Source: Candidatus Hydrogenedentota bacterium
GTDB taxonomy: Bacteria > Hydrogenedentota > Hydrogenedentia > Hydrogenedentales > SLHB01
Length of the DNA: 64,000 bases
Direction of reading: 5' to 3'
Assembly (NCBI GenBank): GCA_963745075.1
Contig: CAVUWV010000010.1
Location: forward strand, 416,001-480,000
Shown here: in pieces, positions 38,638-49,982 of the stretch
Position numbering within the stretch: the stretch's first letter is position 1
Layout: each line of letters starts with the position of its first letter
Notes under the pieces: model-generated
Told to the model about the DNA's origin: nothing
Database searches by the model: none
What the model saw: the letters and a program-made list of their open reading frames with translations, nothing else
Position numbers and translations under genes: made by a program

Positions 38638-40920
38638 ATGAGTGAATCCCAGACATCCGACCCCACCCCGATCCGCCGCATGCAGAGTCGCGGGTGCGGG
38701 TTTGTTTTCTTTCTCATCATGATGGTGATGGCCGCGGGATGGGGGGCCGCGCTCGGCGTGTTCGTACGGTATCTCGGCGATGCGGAGACGCAGGTTGTCG
38801 CGCTCGACACGTACCGCCCGAAGGTGGGGAGCAAGATCTACTCCGACGAAGACGGGTACCGCGGTGAGTTGCTGGGCGAGTACAACATCGAGTACCGGCA
38901 ACTCGTCAACCTGAGCGAAGTCCCGTTGCACTTGCAGAAAGCCTTCATCGCAACGGAAGACGACAAGTTCTACCACCACAAAGGCGTTCGGCCCGACGCC
39001 ATCCTCAATGCCGCGCTGTTTATTTTGCGCACCGGGAGAATCCGCGGGGGCAGCACGATCACGCAACAGCTCGTACGCGACGTGGAGTCGGTCACCGGCG
39101 TATCCCGCGAACAAACATTAGCGCGTAAGGCACGCGAAGCCATCGTCGCCCTCCAGGTGGAACGGGAATTCACGAAGGACGAGATCCTCGAACTGTTCCT
39201 GAACAAGAGCTTTCTCGGGGGCAGCGCCTACGGAGTGGAGGCCGCTTCGCAGCAATATTTCGGCACGTCATGCCGTAACCTGACCCTCGGCGAATCCGCC
39301 GTGCTGGCGGGGATCCTCCGCTCGCCGAATAACCTCCGGCCGGATCGGTATCCCGACGACGCCACGAAAAAGCGCAATACGGTCCTCGACCAAATGCTCG
39401 AGAACGAGTTCATCACTAAGGAAGAATACGACGCTGCGATTGCCGAGAACGTAGCCGAGGAAGTCATGACCAACGAGGAACGTGAAGCCCGGGCCGAGCG
39501 GGGAGAAAGTACGATCGTCCCCAACCACTTCCTCGCGCCGTACTTCGTGGAAGAGATGCGGCAGCGGGCCATGCGCGCGGATTTATTCTCCAAGGAAAGG
39601 CTGCTCGAACAAGGGCTCGAAATCACCACCACGCTCGACATGCGCTTGCAGCGCGCCGCGGAAGACGCCCTCTTCAAGCAGTTGGACGAGTTCGACGAGA
39701 AGCGGCGCAAATCCCTCGAATCGGCGGGGCGCCTGGACGAGTTCGAACCGGTATCCGGCGCCCTCGTGTGTGTCGACAATCGGCCGGGCAAGGAAGGTTT
39801 CGTACGCGCGCTCGTCGGTGGCCGCGACTGGAGCAAGGAAAAATACAACACGGCCACCCAGGCGCGCCGTCAGCCGGGTTCCAGTGTGAAGCCCTTCGTT
39901 TGGGCGGCTGCGTTGGACGAAGGACGAAAAACGAACCTCACCGCTGCGAGCATTCTGCAGGACAAAGAGTTCGTTCGATACGACGCCCTGGGCCGAACCT
40001 GGAATCCCCAGAATTTCGGCGGGGACCATGCAGGACCGGTGACGCTTCGCTACGCATTGGAGCATTCCATCAATACGATCAGCGTGCAATTGGTCGAGCG
40101 CTTGGGATTGCCGCTGGTGCGGACGTACATAGAAAAGGCGGGCTTCGAGATTCCCATTGACGAGTCGATCGGGCTCACGATCGGGCTCGGTACGCACCAA
40201 GTGACGCCCCTGGAACAGTGCCTCGCGTATTCCATCTTCCCGAACAACGGAATGTACCACCCCGCCGTGTTCGTGGAGGGAATCAAGGACCAGGACGGCA
40301 TCCCCATTTACGCCATCACCCCGGACAAGGTCCGCGACATGGAAAAACCGGCCTTCAAACCCGACCTTGCCTGCGTCATGACGCACCTCCTGCAAGGCGT
40401 GGCCACGTGGGGGACGGGCGCGCGTTCCGCCGATCTCAACCGCCCGCGCGCCGGCAAGACGGGCACGACCAACGATGCCCGCGACGTGTGGTTCTGCGGA
40501 TTTACACCGTATTACACCTGCGTCGTCTGGATCGGTTATCGCGACAACCGTTCGCTGGGTCGCGGCGCCAATTACACCGGCGGCCGCCTCGCGTGTCCGG
40601 TCTGGACCGAGTTCATGATCAAGGCCCATGAGGGGCTTCCGGTCAAGGACTTCGAGATTCCGAAGGGACCGGATGGGAAACCCGTTGTGGACGTCATTCC
40701 GGTCGAGCGACAGACGCGCACGGGTTGGAAAGGTGGTTTTGACGAGTATTTCCTGAAAGGCACGCACCCGCCCGCGAGCCGGGAAGAAGAAGAGCGGGCC
40801 CGCGAACTCGAGGAACAGATGGAGCAGCGGCTGCGCCAAACCTACAGCGAGCCGATGGCGCCGCCATCGACCAACGGGGTGCCCAGCGGTTCGCCGCCTC
40901 CGTTGGTGCCGCAGACCTAA
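38638..40920 (+). CDS. Penicillin-binding protein 1A family (transglycosylase-transpeptidase)
   Basis: ATEDDKF, GGSTITQQL, RKARE, RQPGSSVKP, SIN, GKTGTTN. Confidence 0.95.
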   Translation: MSESQTSDPTPIRRMQSRGCGFVFFLIMMVMAAGWGAALGVFVRYLGDAETQVVALDTYRPKVGSKIYSDEDGYRGELLGEYNIEYRQLVNLSEVPLHLQKAFIATEDDKFYHHKGVRPDAILNAALFILRTGRIRGGSTITQQLVRDVESVTGVSREQTLARKAREAIVALQVEREFTKDEILELFLNKSFLGGSAYGVEAASQQYFGTSCRNLTLGESAVLAGILRSPNNLRPDRYPDDATKKRNTVLDQMLENEFITKEEYDAAIAENVAEEVMTNEEREARAERGESTIVPNHFLAPYFVEEMRQRAMRADLFSKERLLEQGLEITTTLDMRLQRAAEDALFKQLDEFDEKRRKSLESAGRLDEFEPVSGALVCVDNRPGKEGFVRALVGGRDWSKEKYNTATQARRQPGSSVKPFVWAAALDEGRKTNLTAASILQDKEFVRYDALGRTWNPQNFGGDHAGPVTLRYALEHSINTISVQLVERLGLPLVRTYIEKAGFEIPIDESIGLTIGLGTHQVTPLEQCLAYSIFPNNGMYHPAVFVEGIKDQDGIPIYAITPDKVRDMEKPAFKPDLACVMTHLLQGVATWGTGARSADLNRPRAGKTGTTNDARDVWFCGFTPYYTCVVWIGYRDNRSLGRGANYTGGRLACPVWTEFMIKAHEGLPVKDFEIPKGPDGKPVVDVIPVERQTRTGWKGGFDEYFLKGTHPPASREEEERARELEEQMEQRLRQTYSEPMAPPSTNGVPSGSPPPLVPQT

Positions 40921-40933
40921 GAAAGCGCGGTGT

Positions 40934-41515
40934 CTACTGCCGGATACCCTCGACGCTTACCGTGAGTTCGACTTCCGCGCCAACGGGGCCCACCATCGTG
41001 TCCATGCCGAAGTCGGTTCGATCGATGGTGAATGTCGTTTCCAGTCCGGCACGCGTCTCGCCCTTCATGCCTTTCGCGATGCCGACGAACTCGGCCGTCG
41101 TGGTAATCGATTTGGTCACGCCATGAATCGTGAGATCGCCGGTGACCTCGAAATGAGTGTCGTCGATCTTTTTGAATGACGTGCTCTCGAAAGACATGGT
41201 GGGGAACGCTTCGACGTTGAAGAATTCCGGGCTGCGCAGGTGTTTGTCGCGGGCTTCCACGGCCGTGTCGATGCTCGCGGTTTTCACCTCGACGGCGATC
41301 TGGTTGTTCGCCGGATTCTCCGCGTCCAACGTGAATGTCCCCGACGATTCGTTGAATCGCCCGTACGTGTAGCTCACGCCCATATGTTTGATCTTGAACA
41401 GGAAGGTGCAGTGGACCGGGTCCAGGTCGTACGTGTCGGCGGCAAACGCCGGGACGGCGGCGAGCAGTGCGGCTGTTGCTGCCAATGCGGTAAGGTATCG
41501 CGTGGCGGATCGCAT
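40934..41515 (-). CDS. YceI family periplasmic protein
   Basis: Signal peptide; LDPVH, HMGVS..GRF, SIDT..RDKHLRS..FF, GDLTIHGVT. Confidence 0.92.
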   Translation of the reverse strand: MRSATRYLTALAATAALLAAVPAFAADTYDLDPVHCTFLFKIKHMGVSYTYGRFNESSGTFTLDAENPANNQIAVEVKTASIDTAVEARDKHLRSPEFFNVEAFPTMSFESTSFKKIDDTHFEVTGDLTIHGVTKSITTTAEFVGIAKGMKGETRAGLETTFTIDRTDFGMDTMVGPVGAEVELTVSVEGIRQ

Positions 41516-41591
41516 AAAGGAAATCTCCTTCCAGGTTGGCGGGTTCGGCAAAGGCCGTGTACTCTTGCGGAGTACACTGTCGTACGGGGTT

Positions 41592-42065
41592 TTATTCCAT
41601 GGAAGGAGGATTCGTCGCGCCGTTTGCGTTGGCGGGTTTGACGATCTCGAACGTGGCCGGTACTTCTGCCACGGCGATGGTAAAGGGCCGGGGATCGTGG
41701 ACCGGAGATTCGACCCCGGCAAGAACGCCGTTGCCAAACGATTCCAACATCGCGATCTTCAGCCGGCTTCGGGATGCGTAGACCACGCGTTCTTCGGTGT
41801 CGATGAGGAGAATGCGTGCGCGTGGGCGGAACTTGTACTTCCATTGCGGTACGGCAAGGTACCGCGAATCGTCCGACCAGAGAAAGTCCGGACCGCAATC
41901 CGGGACATCGAAGAGGCCATCGATGCGCAAGGTCCCTTTCGTCGGACCGGACATGAAGATCTCGACCGCGCCCTCCAGAGTCGCGCGCCAACGTCCGTCT
42001 GGCGACGTGGCCGCGTGCGATCGCCGCCACGGCGGCAGGTTGTAGGGATAGGGTTCTTCGGTCAT
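41592..42065 (-). CDS. Hypothetical protein
   Basis: 157-aa ORF with SPDGRW and WSDDSRYLAV propeller-like motifs. Confidence 0.6.
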   Translation of the reverse strand: MTEEPYPYNLPPWRRSHAATSPDGRWRATLEGAVEIFMSGPTKGTLRIDGLFDVPDCGPDFLWSDDSRYLAVPQWKYKFRPRARILLIDTEERVVYASRSRLKIAMLESFGNGVLAGVESPVHDPRPFTIAVAEVPATFEIVKPANANGATNPPSME

Positions 42066-42107
42066 GTTGACGTTCAATCCCGTATCGTCGATTCAGTAGC
42101 CAGCGTA

Positions 42108-43088
42108 CTACACTGAACGGGACAGCGCGTAGTGCCGAATCCAATTAAACGGATACTCCGTCCCCATGTCCAGCCCGGCGAGCGTTTCAAGGTAGTCGCG
42201 TGTGAAGGCGCGGCATTTTAGGTCCATGTCGGTGTGATTCGAATTCGATCGATTGACGCGGTCGACGTCCAGCCAGAGCCGCTCGACCGAAGCCAGGAAG
42301 CGTGACCAGTCTTTCCAAAGCGCCACACGTTGGTCGCCAAGCGCGTGAACGAAATCGGTTGAGTCGAGTCTGTACGTCCGTTCGCGGCCGGTACGTGACG
42401 ACACGAGAAGGCCGGAGCGCTCCATGTCCGACAAGGCATCGTAAACGGTCTTCTGAAAGTACCCCGTGCTGCGGGCGATTCCATACGAATGACCAGGTCC
42501 CTTGCACAACAGGTACGCCAGAATCTCGCAACGCGCACTCACGCCAAATAGCGCGCGCAGCCGCAGCAACAGCGCCGATGGCTTTTCGTGTGAAAATGGC
42601 CTCGCGAGCCCACGGAGTTGAACCGGGTTCCGAATTAAACCGTGCGCAAGAAAGTCCGGGTCGCGCTCGCCCGGTACCGGCAGCGGTGTGCCGTTCGCGA
42701 AACGAAACATCGGTTCAGGTGTGCCGTAGGTTGCCGCCGTTTCGCGAACCATCCGCCACTTGGACGACGTAGTGTGGCGTTGCATCGTGGCAACTACGGC
42801 GTTTGCAATCGCTTGGCTTGTGAAACCGCCGCGTTTGAACATCCCACGAAAGCGTTGGAGGTTGATGAAGCGCCCGTTCTCTACGAGCCAATCCAGGACC
42901 GCGTCGAAAAGCCGCGCGTCGTAACGGCCGACGGTACAGGTGAACGCCAACAAGGCTTCGGGATCGATTAACCAATCACCGCGTTCACGGGCGTACCCGG
43001 GAACGCCCAGCGCAGACCATTCCTGCCAGAGGAATTCCAACGCCTGGTCCAACAGCCGACCTCTAAAGTCGCTCCACGACATTTCCAT
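42108..43088 (-). CDS. Winged-helix domain protein, partner of the upstream nucleotidyltransferase
   Basis: IDPEALL, DARLFD, LRLRALFGVSARCEILAYL, HTH-like IARSTGYFQKTVYDAL; overlaps the upstream gene; start uncertain (43082/43088/43094). Confidence 0.7.
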   Translation of the reverse strand: MEMSWSDFRGRLLDQALEFLWQEWSALGVPGYARERGDWLIDPEALLAFTCTVGRYDARLFDAVLDWLVENGRFINLQRFRGMFKRGGFTSQAIANAVVATMQRHTTSSKWRMVRETAATYGTPEPMFRFANGTPLPVPGERDPDFLAHGLIRNPVQLRGLARPFSHEKPSALLLRLRALFGVSARCEILAYLLCKGPGHSYGIARSTGYFQKTVYDALSDMERSGLLVSSRTGRERTYRLDSTDFVHALGDQRVALWKDWSRFLASVERLWLDVDRVNRSNSNHTDMDLKCRAFTRDYLETLAGLDMGTEYPFNWIRHYALSRSV

Positions 43089-43677
43089 AACCAAGTTCCG
43101 TCAGTAGACGACCGAGCACTTCTCGAAAACCTTCTGAGACATCATGCGTCATCGTCCAACGCGCAGCCTGTTCTACTTCCTCTTCCGAAGGCTTCAATGC
43201 CATCAGATCCGCAATGTGATAACCTCCTCGATCCGTTGACGCGTACAGCTTGAGATAGACTTGGTCGATCCGGTCGATAAACCAGACCGACAACTTGTCC
43301 CCGTATTCGCGGCCGTGAAGGCGATTGCGAAGTCCGGGCGGTAGTCCCATTCGGAACAGCCCGCCCTCGCCGCGGCTGGGACGGTTGTTCAGCCATTCAG
43401 GGGGAAGACCGAGCAGCGTCTCGACCTCGGCGGCGGCATCCAGGAGATATGTTGGCAACGGGTCCGGGTCCGCCAATTCCCCGTCCGATTCCGTAAGTGC
43501 AAGGATGTCCACGTCGCGGGTCGTGCGAGAAACAAGTCCCATGGCAAGCAACGAGGCGCCGCCACACACAACGAGACCCACATGGGGTACCCCCATCGCG
43601 TGTAAACGCTTTCCCAGTAGGGAGAAAGCTTCGTCCAATCCAGACTGGTTTAAGTTCGTCATTGAATATTTATCCAC
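43063..43677 (-). CDS. DUF6036-like nucleotidyltransferase
   Basis: VVCGGASL, RTTRDVD, WLN, LKLYA motifs. Confidence 0.75.
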   Translation of the reverse strand: MDKYSMTNLNQSGLDEAFSLLGKRLHAMGVPHVGLVVCGGASLLAMGLVSRTTRDVDILALTESDGELADPDPLPTYLLDAAAEVETLLGLPPEWLNNRPSRGEGGLFRMGLPPGLRNRLHGREYGDKLSVWFIDRIDQVYLKLYASTDRGGYHIADLMALKPSEEEVEQAARWTMTHDVSEGFREVLGRLLTELGYGNVVERL

Positions 43678-43892
43678 TTATTCCAAGTGGTTTAAGTATA
43701 TCACGGTCTTATCCCATTGTGATCGATTGACGCAAAAACTAAAGCAAAGTCACCTTAAAGGCTGGACGCATCCTAATGCGCGGTCTGACTCTGCGAAAGG
43801 AGCGCCTCGTGCGTGTCCACCTGGCACAGGCCTATTCGTCGTAGAATAGAAGGAACGCGCTGGCGTTCCCCCAACCCCAAAGGAGCACGAAG

Positions 43893-44327
43893 ATGCGAGT
43901 CATGGTGATAGTCAAGGCGACGAAGAATTCTGAAGCCGGCGTGATGCCCAGCGAAGAGCTGCTTACCGAGATGGGCAAGTTCAACGAGGAACTGGTGAAA
44001 GCCGGCGTCATGCAGGCTGGCGAAGGCCTCCACCCAAGCAGCAAGGGTAAGCGCGTGCGGTTTTCCAGCGGAAAGAAGACCGTCATTGACGGCCCCTTCG
44101 CCGAGACGAAGGAACTCGTAGCCGGATTCTGGATTTGGCAGGTGAAATCCATGGACGAGGCCCTGGAATGGGTGCAACGCTGCCCGGACTGCATGCCCGG
44201 CGAGGAGTCGGAACTCGAGATCCGCCCGATCTTCGGGGCGGAGGATTTTGGCGAGGAATTCACGCCGGAACTCCGCGAACAAGAAGACCGCCTACGCGCC
44301 GAGATCGAGCGCCAGAGCGGGTCGTAG
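43893..44327 (+). CDS. YciI family protein
   Basis: GEGLHPS, DGPFAETKELVAGFW, EIRP. Confidence 0.92.
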   Translation: MRVMVIVKATKNSEAGVMPSEELLTEMGKFNEELVKAGVMQAGEGLHPSSKGKRVRFSSGKKTVIDGPFAETKELVAGFWIWQVKSMDEALEWVQRCPDCMPGEESELEIRPIFGAEDFGEEFTPELREQEDRLRAEIERQSGS

Positions 44328-44348
44328 CAGACCAGACCCACTGGGCGG

Positions 44349-44479
44349 CACTGGGAGCGCCTGGCAGCAGCCTGGCGAAACGTTGGAGCGACTGGATCGA
44401 GGCTGCGCAATCAGAGTCGGTGCTTCGCAGTCAGCAAACCTTCCCAACCTCGCCAGGCTGCTGCCAGGCGCTCCCAGTG
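44349..44479. repeat. 30-bp perfect inverted repeat doublet (CTGGGAGCGC REP-like family)
   Basis: cactgggagcgcctggcagcagcctggcga (44349-44378) and reverse complement (44450-44479). Confidence 0.85.
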
Positions 44480-44581
44480 GGGCATCGGTGTATACTGGAA
44501 CGGGAGCCGTCCCTCGGGGGACGGGCGGCTAAAACCGGACTGTGCCCGCTGCGGCGGCACGCAGGTTGGGGGGAACCAATC

Positions 44582-46042
44582 ATGACGACGTATTGGGATC
44601 GTCGGTCGTTTCTGAAATCCATGACGGCGTTGGCAGCGGCAGGAGTGCTGCCGGAAATGGGGCTGGGGCAGACACCATTAAACCTGCATCCGGGGCCGCG
44701 GAAGAAGCAGGCCGGTCTCGTGCGCGGGGCATTTTTCTATCCGCCGAAGCAAGTCGTGTTGGACGGCAAAGCCGAGGACAACTGGGCCAAGCACAACTGG
44801 TTCACGTGGCCGGGCAACCAGTTTTTGCCGGAAGAGCAGCAGGCCAAGTTCATGGCGCAGGTGAACCGCATCTGCGCGCCATTGGATCTCAACGTCGTCA
44901 TCGACGAGCGTTCGATCTACACCGACGAAGCAATCCAGGCCTTCATCGCGGACATTCAGGCGACCAAACCCGAGGCCTTGCTCCTTTTCAACTTCTGGAA
45001 CAGTTTCAGCAAGAAGATTGAACCCATCCTCGACGCCTACGACGGTCCGATTATCCTGTACCACCCGCTCGGCGCGAACCATCAATTGCCGCCGGAACGG
45101 TTCCGCACGGAGCCGGGCATGCAATACATCCACTCCATGGAGAATTGGGATGCGCTGGAACGCGGCCTCCGCGCGGTGCACGCGAAGGTGCGCATGCGGC
45201 AAAGCCGGTTGCTGCGGGTGTCCGGCAAACTCGAAGCCGAGGCCGACGACCGCGAGGACTTCTTCGACATGCCGATCCACGGCGTGCCCGCGGGCTACTT
45301 CAACGATCGTTTCGACGCGATGAAAGAGGCCCCTGAGTTGGTGGCGTTGGCGACTGCGGTTTACGGTGGCGCGCAATCCGTGACCGACGTACAGGAACCC
45401 GCCTTCGTCGACGCGGCCCGCGCCCATGCGACGGTCTTGCAGATGCTTGACGAATTCGATGCGGACGCGATCACCATCGAATGCCTGTTCCTGAAACATC
45501 GGAAACCGTGCATCAGCTTTTCCATGAACAATGGCGCACTCGTGCCCTGCGGATGTGAGAACGATTTGAACGCGTCGCTCACACTCATGCTCGGCGCGAA
45601 TCTCTTTGGTCGCGGCGGATTCCAGCACAACCCCGAATACGACACGGAAGAGAATCTGTACTTCGGATCGCACTGCACCTGCCTAACGAAACTGCACGGC
45701 CCGGACGGTGCGGATGCGCCATATGGCGTACGGCCCTTCTTCCATCAACTGCCGAAGACCGCGGCGTTGGACGTTATTTGGCCCGCGGGCGAACGGGTCA
45801 CCTTGTGCAAGTACAACTCGACGGACAAACGCCTCGACGCATGGACCGGCGAGTTGATCTCATCGCCGACCTGTCCGCCGACGGGTGGCTGTGCGACACG
45901 TGCATTGGTCAAACTCGATGATGTGGACGACGTGTGCACGACGTACCCGGGTCCGCATCCCGTGTTGTATTGCGGTGATTTCGGCCGGCAGGTGAAGACC
46001 TTTGCGGATCTGTACCAAGTGGAGCTGCGGACCAACGCATGA
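44582..46042 (+). CDS. Tat-exported L-fucose/L-arabinose isomerase-like protein
   Basis: DRRSFL Tat motif; DAITIEC, PC, GCEND, HCT pattern of FucI-like proteins. Confidence 0.65.
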   Translation: MTTYWDRRSFLKSMTALAAAGVLPEMGLGQTPLNLHPGPRKKQAGLVRGAFFYPPKQVVLDGKAEDNWAKHNWFTWPGNQFLPEEQQAKFMAQVNRICAPLDLNVVIDERSIYTDEAIQAFIADIQATKPEALLLFNFWNSFSKKIEPILDAYDGPIILYHPLGANHQLPPERFRTEPGMQYIHSMENWDALERGLRAVHAKVRMRQSRLLRVSGKLEAEADDREDFFDMPIHGVPAGYFNDRFDAMKEAPELVALATAVYGGAQSVTDVQEPAFVDAARAHATVLQMLDEFDADAITIECLFLKHRKPCISFSMNNGALVPCGCENDLNASLTLMLGANLFGRGGFQHNPEYDTEENLYFGSHCTCLTKLHGPDGADAPYGVRPFFHQLPKTAALDVIWPAGERVTLCKYNSTDKRLDAWTGELISSPTCPPTGGCATRALVKLDDVDDVCTTYPGPHPVLYCGDFGRQVKTFADLYQVELRTNA

Positions 46043-46101
46043 GGGTCAAGATTCACGGACGGACACGGACGGGGCGATGCAGGCTGTGTGCGTGCCGGGC
46101 C

Positions 46102-47291
46102 TCAGAATTCTGGTAGCTCCGGATTGTCCGCCGGGAACGACGGCAATCCCTTCGACCTCGATGAGCCAACCCGGCCTGCAGACACGCGCTTCGATCACTT
46201 CCACGGGCGCATCCCCAAAGCGCTTGCGCATCTCCGACCACGCGAGTCCGTAGTCGCTGGGATCGCGGATATAGACGATGAAGGCGCACACGTCGTTCAG
46301 TGTGGCACCGGCTTGCGCGAGAAGTGCTCCCACGTTTTCGAGTGCGCGGTCGAGCTGTTTCGATACGTCACCGGGATGAAGGATCTCGCCATTGCGATCG
46401 ATGCTCGCGGTGCCTGAAATGTAGATATGTTTCCGATCCCGATAGGCGACCGACGTGCCGCGTTCAAAGGTCACACCGTACACGTGGGTTGGACTGAGAT
46501 GGTCGAGGTCGGCGAGGTACGTGATCTGCCGGGACTCCACACCCGCGATGGCATACGCGTCCAGGAGGATTTTCGCAGACGGGTTTGCGCCGGTCCCTTC
46601 GACGCCGGTGCTGGCAATGAAATGGGTATCCGGCGTAAGCCCGCGTTCGGCGAACAATTCGCGGCGCGCGGCGACCAACCCCGAGTAATTCACGTCCACG
46701 TCTTGCACAAACAACCACGTTCGGATCACGTCGTTCGCCAGCGACAAATTGTGATCTCGGAGCGACGCCTCGTACTGCTCGAACACGCTGCGTGTTTGTT
46801 CGTACGCGGACCCGTCACCGGGACAGACCATGCCGGTGGTCCAAACATGCCGGAGACCGGCGCGGTCGAGTATGAGTGATGTCTTGTTGAACTTCTTATC
46901 GAGATCCGCCTCAGAATCGAATACGTGATACGCCCACAGCGCAACCTTGACCGGAGGCATCGGCGGCTGACAGACCCAGGACACGGCACACGGATCGTCT
47001 TGGTATCTCGGATTGGAGAATGGCCGGCTTTCGAGGTCGGCAACTTGATTGGGCATGTCGCTGCAATAAAACCGCCGGAACACGGCCGTAGCCAGACCAA
47101 TGCCGAGTGTGGCTAAAGCCTGCCGGTAGGCCTGATCCACCCACTCCAGTTGCGTGTCGGCTCCCGGCGTAGTCCGTCGGGCGTACGCACAGATGATACT
47201 CGCGCACGCCGCTATGTCCGGCAAAACACGAGAAGTTGACCGTAGCAGGCATATCCCCGCAATCCAAGACTCGATACTGCATAGACGGCAT
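46102..47291 (-). pseudogene. Rid family (RidA-like/chorismatase-like) protein with two 1-nt insertions (~47164, ~46134)
   Basis: RTWLFVQDVD, ASTGVEG, YGVTFERG, ISGTASID, RPGWLIEVE; removing one base at each site gives DYAGADTQL and VVPADNPELPEF*. Confidence 0.75.
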
Positions 47292-47337
47292 TCGTTCCTT
47301 CCGATCCTGTAGCGCCTGGAGGTACGGTGTCATCAGC

Positions 47338-49672
47338 TCAGCCTCCCGGCGCGACGACTTCGATGGGGATCGCGGGGAGGTACCCGAGCGGCACCCGGCG
47401 GGTTTGATCGGTCGGCGTGCCGTCCTTCGATCGTACGGGAAAATCGGCGAAGGCCTCGACGATGAGATTGTCGGTAAATCCCGGCGGCATCACATCGCCC
47501 TGCGCCTTCAGTGAAAACGCGAGCCCCTCGGACGCCGCCGTGGGGTTCTCGATCGACACCCCGTCCGGTGGATCGCTCAAGGTGAACTGCACCTTGGACA
47601 GGGCCGGACCTTTCGGCGCGCGAAGCTGCACGAACGCCGGAACCCCCGTTTGGAATCTGCACGGGAACAGCGCTCGCCAATCCGACGGACGGTTGCCGGC
47701 CGCCACCCTGCACCAGCACCAACAATTCCTCGGCAGGAACCAGGTGCTGGTAGATGAACGCCTGCATCATGTCTTCGGACGGGACGACGCTCCGGGTCAC
47801 CGTTCGATCGGTCACCCACGCCCGCCCCACCAAGTGCAGTGTCACGGGTTCGGGCGACGCGTCGCGCGGCGCGGTGATCGTCATGCGGATCCGATCCTTC
47901 CCGGCCGGGATGCGTTCGCCTTGCAGGGTAAAGCCGTCGGGTGGATCCTGCAACGCGACTTTGATATCGCCGTCGAATCCGTCTTTGCGAAATGCGTAGA
48001 CCGTGATCGGAACCGCACGGCCCGCACGCGCGTTCAGACTCGACGGCGTCATACGCAGGGCGAAGTCCGGCTGCGGCGCCGAGACACGCAGTCGATAGGC
48101 GTAGGCTTCGCCCCCGTGATTCTGGGAATCCGTGACAGTAAGAACGTATTCGCCGTCGGTCGGCAATTGCGTGCGCAAATACGAATCCGCGTGGTGGGTG
48201 TTTAATCCGGACTCGACCGCCGTGTTGTCGTCGTTCCAATCCACGAGTTTCTCGGAAGCGTCGGTGAGCCGCACCAACGAATCCAGCGGCGACCCCAACC
48301 GGCGGCCCGTGATTTCGGCGACAACGGTATCGCTGGCATGCCCCTCGAACCGGTATAGATCGGCGTCGCCTGCCGCTCCGATCGTCCCATTCACCACCTG
48401 GGGCAGGTCAATCCGCATCCCGGTCGGCGCGAGATTGTTGGGTTCCGCCTCGGCGCGCTCCGGAAGCATATCCACCGCGTAAGGAACGGCGTTCGAGACG
48501 CCCGCGTCTTGCGTGAGCGACAGGAAGTGTACGGAATCGCCCCGGGGTATGGTATCGAGCTGGACGCGGTCGCGCGCGAGGTTCCAACCCGTCACCGACG
48601 CGAATGCGGCACTGTCCGCAGGAGCGCCCAGGGGGAACACGGAGGTAATGAACGGTCGCTGGGACACGGTCACCCGATACACGAAATCTTCCCGGCCGCG
48701 ATACACGGCGTCGTGAACGTCGAGTTCGTAGACGCCGTCTTCGGGGACCGTGTAGCACAAGACCGGATCGGGATCGAAACGGTAGTCGTCATCGAAGGCG
48801 ACCTCGCGGCCTTGCGCGTCGTACAAGGTCACGACGGACTGGAACCAACCAGGCACGGCATCCGCCAGGAAAGGAATGAGATGACGGGCATCGACCTCCA
48901 CCACCAACGATTGCCCTTGTTGCGCGCGGAAGGAGAACCGATCGCGGTCGCCGGGCATAATCTGGCCGTTCATCACGAAGGGCACAGTTAGCGGCGGTGG
49001 TTCGGGAAGCTTCGAGTTCGTCCCGGGATCGTTGGGTTCCAGTTCGCTCACCTCGCGGAACTGCCCCACCTCAAAAACCATCGGATTCGTCAACCCGCCC
49101 GCCGTTTTGAGCCGCAATTCGCGTGGGCCCGGCGGCGTACCGGGGTCGATGGTAACTTCGAGGAGTGCCGTCTCGCCGATCTGGGCATTAAGTTGCCGCT
49201 TATCGCGCGGGAAGAAGATCATCCAGGAGATATTCGCTAATTCGCGCAGGGACTTGTTTTCCAGGTCGTACAGCAAGGGAAGTTGCACCGGCTGAAACGG
49301 TGGTTTCGAGTCGGCTTCAGGCTGGGTCGCCACTTCGACGGCGGGCGCCGGGGTTTCCCCCCGCTCTTCGGCAAGTCGGGCGTCCCGAACCGTCTTGAGA
49401 CGCTGTACCAACTCGTTGCGCTGTTCGCTCTTGATATTGCGGATGGGTTTGTAATACCCGAGCACCTCGGCGTGGACGCCCTCGCCGGACACGTAGACTT
49501 CCTTTACGCCGCGCAGGAACTGTCCGCCGACCGTGATGCGTGTGACCGTGCCGGCTTGTCCGCCCGCGGGATAGAGATAGCCGATGTGCGGTTCGCTCGG
49601 GGCGGTCTGGCCCCACGTGGAGGCAACACACAGAATCACTGCGGTGATTAAACCTGCAATCCTGCGCCTCAT
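47338..49672 (-). CDS. Secreted PPC-domain (pre-peptidase C-terminal) protein, 1-nt insertion at ~47639
   Basis: Signal peptide, YLYPAGGQAG, ELEPND/EAEPNN, DGVYELDVHD; C-terminal ~100 aa continue in another frame to YLPAIPIEVV. Confidence 0.8.
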
Positions 49673-49738
49673 GAGTGACTGAAGCCGAACCGCTAAGGGA
49701 GAGCAGCTCCTATACAACGTCCGAACGGCCCTAAATAC

Positions 49739-49898
49739 ACATCCCCCTTGATCCCCCTTCAAAGGGGGAATCGCCCAATCACGTTTTGTGGACTGCGGAT
49801 CGGCTCCTGCTTCGACGCGAAGATGCCTGATTATCTCCAAGTGCAACGCGAAGCGTTGCGAGAAGTTCCCCCTTTGAAGGGGGATCAAGGGGGATGTT
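49739..49898. repeat. Inverted pair of REP family A
   Basis: Copies at 49739-49770 and 49866-49898, essentially identical to 169-200/298-329; gcaacgc-gaa-gcgttgc hairpin between them. Confidence 0.9.
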
Positions 49899-49982
49899 CG
49901 CATACCGCGTAAACACTCGTTTGGCCCGGTAGGTCCCGACGTTTGCGTTCTTCCAAACAGCGACATGATACGTCCCCCGCCC

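Noticed and set aside
44135..44581. N-terminal 149-aa extension of the 635-aa ORF
   Set aside because: Overlaps yciI and a REP doublet; the Tat leader begins at ATG 44582
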